A stretch of DNA of 58,100 bases. Origin: Toensbergia leucococca (Eukaryota). The position numbers and the translations under genes are program-made. The stretch lies in the NCBI GenBank assembly GCA_022813965.1, contig JALDZS010000011.1, forward strand, positions 186,001-244,100, read 5' to 3'. Positions 26,495-37,374 of this stretch are shown in pieces. The stretch's first letter is position 1, and every line of letters starts with the position of its first letter. The notes beneath the pieces are model-generated. The model did not search any database. It saw nothing but the letters and a program-made list of their open reading frames with translations, and was not told the origin of the DNA.

Positions 26495-27860
26495 TCACTC
26501 CTCCCGCCTCAAATATCGCTTCACATCCTCCTCCCAATACTCTACCAATTTATACTTGGCCATACCCGGCGTTGTACTTTTCGCCAACCCCTCAATACCC
26601 ATCAACAAAGCCTCGGCAGTTTTGCCATCATCTTCGTCTCGAAGCTCGGATAGTGGGGTTTTATACTGGTGGAATGCGAGCAGAAGAGCTTTGGAATCGG
26701 GGAGCCGGTGGAGGGTTTGATGATCGATGTGGAGGTTGCACTGAAGCTGGGGGTTAACAGACCGTGATGTGTGATGAGGTGGAGAAGGCCTTTTACGAAC
26801 TTTGTCTGGATCAAAGGCGATTTGCGAGTTGGAGGGATTGTACAGCTCCGGCCTAGTGCAGATGGACCACTGTGGTTGTTTCAATGAGATTGTTCATAGT
26901 GTTGGGAGGAGGAATAAGTGGAGGCAAGGGGCACAACGTACACTCTCACGCCTCATGAATTTTCCAACGGGTATTTTGGCGAAATAGCGATCCATGCTTT
27001 TTTCGAGCCTTTTTTTGTATTCAGGCACAGGTCTCTATCCACTCTAATCAGCAATCGCTCAATTCTTGTGCATCTCTAGTCACTCGTCCGGATTGGGTCT
27101 GTCAACAACTCTGCAAAACAAGCCTGCCATGTGCAACACTCACGTGGATATCTCTTATTCGGCAACCCACTCTACCAGCTATCCTGACACCATTCTGGAA
27201 AACCCAAATCGAAGCACCAAGTATATAACCGTCGCCATCAGTTGCGGGTAGGAGAAGCAAGCATTCCTCATCAATGATGCACGCAACCGTTTTTAATGCC
27301 ACTTCCTGGTCCTCCGGTGGAATGACAGGGTACTCGTCTCCTGTGACGAGCGATTTCAGTGTCTGATGCCTTTCTGACTTGCTATTTGTCGTAGAAGGAT
27401 GGGGTTGCAGCTTAAACATGGTTGGGAAACGCTGAGGCAGATACACGCCCAACATCCATGAATAAAGCTCGTTGATTGCAGGTTTTACTCTGCTATCGCC
27501 AGCCCCGATAACGTCGTGCAGTCTTGTGGTTACGAGCTCTTTACGCTGGGCAATACGATCGAGGTAGGTATTGTCCATTTGGATCATGTCGGAATAGTCG
27601 CCGGTTATTAGGTCTGTTGTGTGGCTGTCAGCTAGGACTGGACTTTTAAAGATCAGGAAGCGGTGAGAGCAAATACCCATTGTTACTTGGTATGAGGATT
27701 TGAAGGGCCGGATCTTGAGTGGTTTCGTTTGGCGCCAATCCAAATACGGGAGAGGTTTGATGGGTGGGTATGTTGAAGCTGGAGAGGCAGAATTGGTTGC
27801 TGGCTGAGTTCCTGAGCGTTGAGGCTTCCACTGAGATTGATCAGCATTGGCAGACGTCAA
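26495..27860 (-). CDS. DUF3445 / HRQ-family (heme-dependent oxidative N-demethylase alpha-like) protein; multi-exon; 5' end uncertain
   Basis: PLKIRPFK...TMG, MDNTYLDRI, YLPQRFPTMF, DIH|xPVPEYKKRLEKSMDRYF, HQTLHRLPDSKALL..F.QYKTPL. Confidence 0.8.
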
Positions 27861-30075
27861 ACGAGTTGAGTGAAATTCAATAGAGACATGCAGATAGCCA
27901 CCAATGTTGGCGAATTAGGATCGAAGCTCTCCCATATGAAAAAACGAATTGTAGGCGCTGGTATTAGGACCGCACGACTCCAATCTCCATACCAAAATCA
28001 GGTTCACAGACGTTTCACTGTAAATAATATGAAAGGACTCTTCAATATAAGAAGACTTATCGTGCACACCAATGGGGTTGAAGAGCACCTACTTTGAACA
28101 CCATGGGCAATGACACCGTCGACTTGCAGAGATACGTAGCGAGAGTAAAAAGTGTTATAGCAAGCAGTATGCTAAGTCCTATGCCAGGATAAATAACATA
28201 TGAATCCATGATGATCATCCAGGTAGTGCACCAGTACTTCTTTCAGTGTTATTGAAGGTGAGCGCATGAGGTAACGACGGAAATACTGGACTAGATGTTT
28301 GTTGTAACATGAACGCAAGCTCATATAGACGGATGCCATTACGCCTTGAAACATGGTGATCATCCGATTGAGATAGTGCTGGTAATGAACAGTGCATATC
28401 TATGTTCAGTAAGTGACGCGTTGGATCAATGCGTCAAGACTGAGACATGCATAGGTAGTAGACAAGACCTGTTGCTGCTATGAGATCATAGCCATCTGAG
28501 CTCCCGTCTTCTGCTCAACATAATTGATCATTCAGCTGATCAAGAAGGGCTGAGCGTAGTTGAAGCCGATGAGACAGAGACGTGGAAATACAATCCTGAT
28601 GAGTGACCACCGCAGACATGAAATTGAAGCATAAACCAACGCGTGCCGGCCTGATGAACGATCTGGATGGTTTCAGCTACAATGACAAGATTGATTCATG
28701 CGAAGTATACAATGATGTCAGGACTTTTGCATTCTTTCTAGCAGAAGCTCAGACCGAAGATCTTGATCAATCATGTAAAGGTCGTTCAAAGATATGATCT
28801 TTTGAAAGCCTTCAATGAATAACGGATTGATCCATCAGAAAAAGCTATGATTAAAGATATCACTCATTGCCTCAGGTGAATATTGTGCATAGGGGGTCTT
28901 GTGTTGGGAAATTGCACTTCTTTAGCCCTTATGCTTAGCGAGCTCCCTATAAGTAGCAGTTCTCCTCCTTAGCTATAGAATCAACCGTCATCAACATACC
29001 TTCATAACAACACCTTGAGATATGATTTCTTGTCTTTAGCTTCAAGAAGTAGAAGAAAGACCTTAATGCTGATGCAGGCAATACAGAGACCAAGAATAGC
29101 ATGATCCTCTTCTCTGAGGAACAGGGTCCGCTTTCAATGAGTAGTAAACTACGTTTGATTTAGAAAGAAGAGTCCTTAGGTGAAGGGAGCCCTTATTAAG
29201 TCAGGGGCCTGAGGACCTACTCATATAGTTCTAGAGCATCTTCTCATCATGTCATATTAGGTGACTCCTAGATTTCCGTGTATAAACATAACATTTACTG
29301 AATTTACATCTGAATTGAATGTCAAGCATTCAGTCTTAGATACAATCTCCTAGCAAAATAAAATAAATTATGAATAGAATATCAATGCTGAGAGTAGCTT
29401 TCCCTGAGCTTTGTTGCACACTGCTAAATGCAATTTCTATTGTGCTTGAATCAAACTCATCTGTTTTTGTTTTGAAAAGTAACAGTAGTATAGGGATTGA
29501 GTGATTCAAAATAGTCCATTGATATTTGTCATGATATTAATGGCATTCTGGCAGATTCGGACTAGCGGCTCGATTGGCTATTATATTGATACGCATACGT
29601 ATCGCTCAGGAAACGCCACTATTGGATCGCTTCTATTCGGGCATCAACGGCCGAGGGGCTGAGTTGCATCATGCCACGAAAACCCCATGCATAGGATAGA
29701 TAGGTAGCGACTCCATGGCGTTATGGTGCGGATATGGGGGTGAGACGCAGGGGGTCCGGCAGTACTCCCGCATGCTTATCTCGACCCCATTTTCCTATGC
29801 ATCTATTCTCTAGATAAATAGAGGCTATTGCTTCGTAATGAAGCTGGCTCTTTAGCTTTTAGTTTGAATACTATACACACTATACAGCTATTAGCTATTC
29901 CTTCTATATACGCAGTCACATTGCCTAGAACCCTGATTCGACCCCTTATTCAATATAACGTCTGAATCATTACAATATTCCAGTATTCCACAGACAATGA
30001 TACTATCACTAAACCGTACCATTTTGTGCCTACTGCAAATTCCTACATGTCGATATCCTATCATTCATGCGCTCC

Positions 30076-30868
30076 TCATTGACTTTTCAACTCTAGCAGA
30101 TCTGTCTGAGATTCGCTGATCAGCCCTTCCATCACTTCTGCCCACTTCTTGCTCCCTCCATCTTCCTTGAAGCTGCTCAGAGTCTCGACGGATTCCCATC
30201 CCATTGCCAAGTTCAACGCCTTCTCCTGTCCCCCCGGTTTCGCCACATCCCCCAACTCCAGTCCCTCCAATACCCATCCCCAGCCCGCGCAGACAAAGCC
30301 CTTAGACCCCTCTACCTCTTTCAGAAAATGGGTTACTGCATTCTCGAGTGCCTCGGTCGAGGTGCTGGGGGTGGGGACGAGGAGACTTAATTCTGTGATG
30401 GCAGGAGTAGGGCTAAGAAGAGCAGAGAGGTGGGTAGGCGCGTGAGTTTTAGGAGCGATGTACGTGATGTGATACAACTCGGGGTATGCGCGCATTATGG
30501 GATTGAGATCATCAATGATTGGATCGAGGATACTCGGGTCGTTGCTCAAAGCATCGTGCGAGGCGAGACTGTCCCAGTCTGCGAGGGGCCAGAATATTTC
30601 AGTGCAATTCTAGACGCTGAGAGAGCGGCAGAGTGGAGATTTTAGAAGAATCATGAGAGGGCGTGTCTCTATTACCGACGATGTGTTCTGCCATGTTCTG
30701 ATCCCCAAGTCTGCGACCCCAGTGACAGCCCACGTAGCCTGGCTGCTTGGATATTGTTGCGAGAAGATCCTGCCATACCTTACCAGCTCGAGAGGATTTG
30801 TCGGTAATGTCTTCACCCGGATGGAGGTAGACAAGTGCGCGCTCGGTAATGGGGCCTGAATGTGGCAT
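30076..30868 (-). CDS. Two-domain dimeric alpha/beta-barrel (ABM-like) protein, copy 2; one intron
   Basis: PITERAL...QPGYVGCHWGRRLGD...W; second repeat PAITEL...GWGWVLE...AMGWESVE; same architecture and intron position as 20924-21677. Confidence 0.75.
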
Positions 30869-33016
30869 TTCTGAGGAGTGGATAAACGCGGAAATTTCAA
30901 TCTTCTAGTCGTAAGGGCTGATGGTGAACAGGGGTCTGGAGGGAAATTAGAGGAGAAGACGTGGATCTTGTAGGCATTGTCTTGTCTTAGTGAACATGAT
31001 TCAGTGCCATTATCGGAATTTTTTGTGACGCAGGTCAATCATTCTGTTGTACGGTCAAGCTGAAACTTACCGTACCTGCTTGTTTTGATACGAATATGTG
31101 CTGTTGGCCGGTAGGCTGCATATAGACTTCGATTTCCATGCTACCCACCCTACTCCATCAAGCTTCAAGCATCTCTTTTTGTGGCTAGATCATAGAAAAC
31201 CTGGTTGAATCATATTCGCGTATGCATAACGATCTATTGACTAAACCCGCAATTACACCATTGCATCGATCGATTCAAGACACGCCTTCGTGTGTCTATC
31301 TCGTAGCCGACAATGATGGCAATTGCCAACATGCATGCGGATGTGAACACCTATATTTTCTGTTGAGTCCGACGTCTCTTTTCCGCTTCAGCCGTCGATG
31401 GTAAGATCTACATGCTTCATGGGCTGCATACAAATGCTATGCCGCAATTGGAGGGCGTATTCTTTTTCTCTAATCAAACGCATGCAAGACGTGCGCTGAG
31501 GTAGGATGATGGATTTCAGTCACTTACCTACTTTCCCGATCATTGAATTTAGCCCATTTTGGTTACATTGATGATATCCCCCGTTCACCTACAAGCCGTA
31601 CCTTAGTGCAAGCAGATAGATGCGCCTATCGTGCGGGGTAGCAGCAAGAGATCAAGGTTTACGATCTGATTTTCACTAATGTGGCTCCAATTAAATATGG
31701 GCACGCTACCCAAGGTGCATACGGTCCTCAGGCGCGACAGCAAGGTAGCTCACAATGGCATCGTATCCACAGAGAAGTGGTCCAACCATACATAGAATGT
31801 CTAGACACTCACTAGTTGAATGACGTGGCATGTTGTGCAGCTTGCAACCTAGACCCTTGCATGCATGAGCGTCTTACGTCTTTAGCTTCTTGACCAGATG
31901 CGGGGAAACCCTGTGAGACCGATTGAGTCCGTGTCTGAATGCAGATGGTTCGCATGACTGTCTGCTGAATGAGATCAACCTTGAGACGAGCCCGCCCTTT
32001 CATTGGCCATTTTACTGACTTTTGGCGAGGACAGCGATTTCATTGAGGCCAATTGCAAGGTCCCGCTTCATCTTTCTCTCAAACCTTCTCTGTAGAGACT
32101 GAATTTGGCCAGTTGTATTGCGTGATTCATAATCTCCTTGATCATGGATAAAGTAGTAAGATTGCCGCCTTTCTTAAGCTCATCACATAAGCCGCAGTGT
32201 GAGTCCATAACCTTATTCAACCACCCTTATATTCTAGATAAGCGCGCCGGAAATCTGCCTCCGTGTAAGCGAAATGGTTCGCCGTGAGGGCGATTTGCAA
32301 GGCTCAATGATTTTGTAATAGGTAGAAATAAGATCTCACTTCCAGTAACAAAGTTGTAGCGAATAACTATATGAAAAATTCGTTCCTGAAAATTTTTGCG
32401 ATACAAGTCCACATCGTGAAGTTAAGGCTGGTGATATTTCGATTTTGTGATTTTCCTTGGTGCCACTTGGCGAACCATTTCGCTTACACCGGAGCCGACG
32501 ATGCCCGACCCGCAAAACAAGGCCCGCTCCCCGGCCCGAAACCTACTCACTTGAGGATAGCTCTGACCTCGAGACAAGGGTTACAGCCCTAGCTCTTCCC
32601 TTGTAAATAGACCTTCCAGCGTGTTTCACTTCACTTGACGCTGTGCTGTGAAGGTATGGGTAGGAAACCAGCGTCAATTAAATGACTCGCATTTCTCTTT
32701 ACTGCTTCTCCTGTTCTCTCACTCTCTACCCTTGAAAGTTGTGTTGACTTAATTATCTCATCTTCTGCCTTTAAAGTCTTAATGAGTGAGAATAGCAGGT
32801 GAGATTTCTGCTTAACAGTAGCATTGCCCGATCCTAGTCTCAAAGTCTCTCTATCGATCCTGCGGTATAGTACGACATATCGCGGTTCACAAATACTTTA
32901 CCCTGCTTATGCTTTCTGGTTCCTCATGTACATATAAATTCGTGGATAGGCTCCCATTTTTGCTCGGAGAATCCTAATCTTATTTAAAATTGAAATCATT
33001 CTTACGACAGTCAGAT

Positions 33017-34046
33017 ATGGATCCTTCGGCGGTGATCGCTGACGAGATTGGTCGAGAAACCCCCCCCAATGGCGAGCACAAAATCACCATTCCTGTAGAC
33101 TACTTCAATGCCGTCACTGTAACGAGGGACGAAATAGTTCGTTCACTGATCAGAGCAGGCGGCTGTATTGTACGTGCAATGGTAGGTTCTGAGGACCTGG
33201 CACAAATCGAAAAGGACGTTCGCCCATTGCTAGACGCCGATAAACCTTGGACAGGCTCTTATTTCCCACCAGAGACTCGTCGAGCTGGCGGTCTGGCTTG
33301 CAAGTCCCCAACATTTTTGAAAGCCATTATTCAAAGCTCTCTCTATCAAGAAGTCTGCACAGAGCTCGTGACATCAAGAGTGAAGAACTGGTACGGCAAC
33401 GAGGCTTTCGAAAACGTCTCCGCGCCGCAGATGAATTCTGCTTTTGCGATATCCATTGGACCAGGAGCGACACCGCAAGGCCTACACCGTGACGACGGAA
33501 ACTATCACAATCAATTAAAAAACGATTATGAGAGAAGAGTATCAGGTCGGTCGAGACACTTCTGTTATCTTGTTTGTGGCAGGAAGCAAGGTCACTAAAG
33601 AGAACGGGACCACGCGTTTTGTGCCGGGGTCCCATCTCAAAGGTTCAACAGAAGCTCCCAACGAGGCCAACGTTGTGTATGCGGAGATGGATCCCGGAGA
33701 CGGATTCATCATGCTGGCGTCTACCCATCATGGCGGATCCGCAAACGTGACTAAGGATGAGGAGCGCTTGATGTACGGCACTTGTATGGTCAAAGGATTT
33801 CTCCGCCAAGTTTGTAACCCGATTTTTTGATGCATCGTGTTCATGAGCTAATCAAGGGATCGTTCAATACAGGAAGAGAACCAGTATCTGGCCCTGCCGT
33901 TGAAAAAAGTCAAGCAATTTTCCAAAGAAACCCAGAAGCTGCTGGGATATGGGGTCAGCGATCCGTGGACGGGCTGGGTTGATTTCAAAGATCCTGTTGA
34001 GCATATACTTTCAGATGGGGGATCTGACAAGAAAGCAATTTGGTGA
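33017..34046 (+). pseudogene. Phytanoyl-CoA dioxygenase-family Fe(II)/2OG dioxygenase with a +1 frameshift in an A6 run (33517-33522)
   Basis: AGGCIV, FPPETRR, IGPGATPQGLHRDD; in the other frame EEYQVGRD...TKENGTTRFVPGSH...HHGGSAN...FLRQ|EENQYL. Confidence 0.85.
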
Positions 34047-34930
34047 TCGGATTTAAATCCAGAGTTGTGATTCGTACGAATGCGGGTTGAAAGCCAGAAT
34101 TCTCGAGACCATCGACTTACCAGCGTATGCCTCACCTAATTTTGATTTCGTGTTCGCGCTGAATTGGCCCAGCTGCGCTCAAGTGAATGACAACAAAAGA
34201 CATTCCGGTTGCACTGAATTCAAGCAAGTCTGGACAGTCCAAAAACTCCCAGCCACATGGAGTACCTTACCCTATAGCGCAACCATGTCTCGTTCTCGGT
34301 TTTGGAAAGAGTCTAATGCTTCTCTTATTTTCCATCATTATCTGATACACCACATTGCTTTGTCCTGCTTATATATCTGCTGTGTAATCATCACTTGTTC
34401 ATTGCGCTCCCTACAGATAGGACATAGTGTCGCACGATGATGCAACCAATAGGTAATTACAGCCTCAACACCTTACCGCAAAGACTTTAGCTCCCTAGTC
34501 CCTCTCACATTCTCCGGGTCTCTTTGGTAATCTATCATTATATCACCGAATATAGAGTCCCCATCGATTGCCCAGATAGAGCTTGTGGCGGCTGCTCAAG
34601 CATTTATTACTCAGCTTCACACTTTATGGTTCCAGAATGCAAATTACTTTCTCACTAAAGTCTTTAGAAGCTTCGCTTCCGGTACCGAGATTCCACGTGT
34701 ACTCGTAGAAACAATGCTGGTCAAAAGATAGCGCAGCACGTCGAAAATAGCAATGGCTTTGCTACATCTGAAACATCCCGAGCCAGCCGCTTTCAGACGG
34801 GCTGGGGTTAACTATCCTTCCTTATACAGAGTAAATACATGTCCTTGATACCCAAAGAAAAAGAATTCAAAACAACTTCCCAATTCCTCCAAATTCACAA
34901 AAATTTCTCGCAATAGCATCAACTCAAACC

Positions 34931-35329
34931 ATGTCCGCCCCAATCGTCCTCCTCATCATCCTCGCCACTCCTGTATTCTCCGCTCCAACAGCCATTAACA
35001 TCAATGACCTAGACTCCTACACCAAGAACTCCCTACTCTCACGCCCAGCTATGGACGCGATAACAGCGAGCGAGCGGGCTTTGTCAGGCGGCGATAAAGT
35101 CCGAGATGAGATTGAGCATTGGGTATGTGAGGGGGAGGAACAGGTGGTAGCAGATACTAGAAAACAGGGGAATAGCGAAGAGAGCGGTAGAAGCGACGAG
35201 GGGAGAAGAGGTTGTGGCGAGCGTGCGGGAGGAGATAGTGCGGTGGCGGGATTTTGTCGCCTTCTATTGCCAAGATATATAACTTACAGAGAGTGCAGTC
35301 TTTTCCATGCCCACCCCAATGGCATTTAG
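34931..35329 (+). CDS. Possible small secreted protein; exon structure uncertain
   Basis: ATG after an A/C-rich leader; hydrophobic signal-like N-terminus MSAPIVLLIILATPVFSAP; GTATGT donor near 35123. Confidence 0.35.
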   Translation: MSAPIVLLIILATPVFSAPTAININDLDSYTKNSLLSRPAMDAITASERALSGGDKVRDEIEHWVCEGEEQVVADTRKQGNSEESGRSDEGRRGCGERAGGDSAVAGFCRLLLPRYITYRECSLFHAHPNGI

Positions 35330-36649
35330 TGCAAACCCCACACAGCAAAGGGTCATCCAGAATCACACAGGACTCGAAATGGCCACCGCCAAGGACGCAT
35401 TTCCTACACTACTCTTCACCCTCGTAACCACGAGTGTGTGCCAGGACGGCCTCGAGATAGGACACGTGCGTTACGCCAATACCACCGGTGATATCGACGT
35501 GGCCCTTCCCCTCACGGAAATTGAGGTCGTGGTACTTACCAAACGCAGGCGCAAGGGCGAATAGAGCTGGCGTCTTGCCACGTTCCCAGGTATGGGCCTG
35601 CACCTCTGAACGCGTTGGAGGCATGACTGCCATAAATAGCACTGTGCTGCCAGCATAAGAGAATTGCACCGACTCATGGGATCACTCAGGGCCAGATTGA
35701 ATTGTTGTGCAATCAGGCGCTGATTGACATTCATTGGGTGAAAGTCCTGTGCGGCCATTGCGAGGCTGAAAATGCACGGAACGAGAGGGACAAGTGCAGT
35801 GATAGTGCACGATGATAGGTAGGAGATGACAGACCGAAGGGAGGGCGTAAGCATGAGATGTGGGAGCAAGAGCAAAGGAGTAAGCATGAGAGGAGTAATA
35901 GAAAAGAAGTATTGGTTATAGAAGCTACAGAACACTGCAAAGAAGAAGGTGTTGAAAGTCGTCAGCCAAGACTCTCTCAGCCTCCCCCCCTTTTTTTTGA
36001 CTTCATGTAATCATCTATATAAGTACAGGATCTTTCCTACTTATCTAATTAATACAAGCAGTTCCAATCTTGCATTTCAACAGAAGGGATCATCACCCCT
36101 TATGTCATTCCAATCCTTGTACTTCACTTTCGGTCTCTGCAACCTCACCCTAATCGATATTGAATCCGTAGTCACTTCACAGCAGTGAAATCGCATCCGA
36201 CCTTATTCACTGCAGCTCCATCTTCGGCAGTTGCTCTAGACCGCAATAATTACAAGTGAACATCGCCTCCACCTCAGAGCTAGAATTTTCCATTGATTGC
36301 GTTGCAAGATCGTGTTACTGATTTACAGCCTGATGTCACAGAATGACTGGTCCACGTAAGAAGGCGATGACATCTATAGCTTCCCCAATAAATGTTCGTC
36401 GAGGCCAGCAAGCAGGTAAGGGGATAGAGGAAGCTCTCGGTATATCCGTAATATTGGCTGACTTCTCCATCACGATCGCACTAGGGTTGGTGGGCTTGTC
36501 AGACTCTCAGCAGCTCCTCCGGCAAGCCGCGCGGGATCCCCGCTCCGCCCATCCCCCCAAAAACTACGGTCATGAGACTTGTACTCTTTAAAGTGTTCAA
36601 AGTGATGGATAGGTTGCTTGTGTTTACGATCGTACCCTGCACCTCTTGC

Positions 36650-37346
36650 CACTAACTTACTATTCATATTGGCTGGTTCCCTTGTGCAGCGGCCTCAAAC
36701 GCCTGTCTAGCCTATTCATCACGCAGTCTGGATCGCCGATCGCGTCGTCTAGATATTGGATTTGGGAGCGGCGAGCGTCACTGATTTGGAGATCGGGGGA
36801 AGTGGAAGGGAGCAGACGCTGCAATTACAGTTGAAGCCGAAAGCATCTTTCAGATGAGTGCTTCGGGAGTCGGAGGGACCGCCTTTGTCGTAGGAGATGG
36901 GAATTTCTTCCCCTGCATTCATGTCACGGATTGCGTGGATGGTTTCACACTTCGTATCGCTGTTCCAATTTCGGAAGACAGCTGTGATTGATGAGGCAAA
37001 TGGTAGGATAAATACCACCCACGACAGAGTTGGGACCCCAGGGCAGAGCCTTGGTTTTGACAACACCGCTGAACGGAACTTTGCCACGAAAATTGGTATG
37101 ACGCGAAAGGAATTGTCGTTGCTGTGTCTTTGATAGCGATTTGAGCTTCGTTGCGATATTACTTTCCATATGGCTGATTGACGACAGGTGTAGGGTAGTG
37201 AAAAGGGGGTTCTCGTAAAGTATACGTGTGCCTTTGGCGATCTTGAAGCGGAATATAAGGCCTTTCCCTTTGCCTGGTACCGCCTGAACATCAAAGAGCG
37301 GCAGGTCCAACTCACGTGGAGTGCTTTCGATGCCTGCAAATCACAT
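36650..37346 (-). pseudogene. SET-domain lysine methyltransferase pseudogene
   Basis: VPGKGKGL..., INHSCLP; frameshift near 36970 into NW...IHAIRD...GEEI.ISY...FGFNCNCSVCS; second frameshift near 36800; ATG 37346 immediately followed by TGA. Confidence 0.85.
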
Positions 37347-37374
37347 CACGTTGTCCACAGCAATGGCATGTAGT

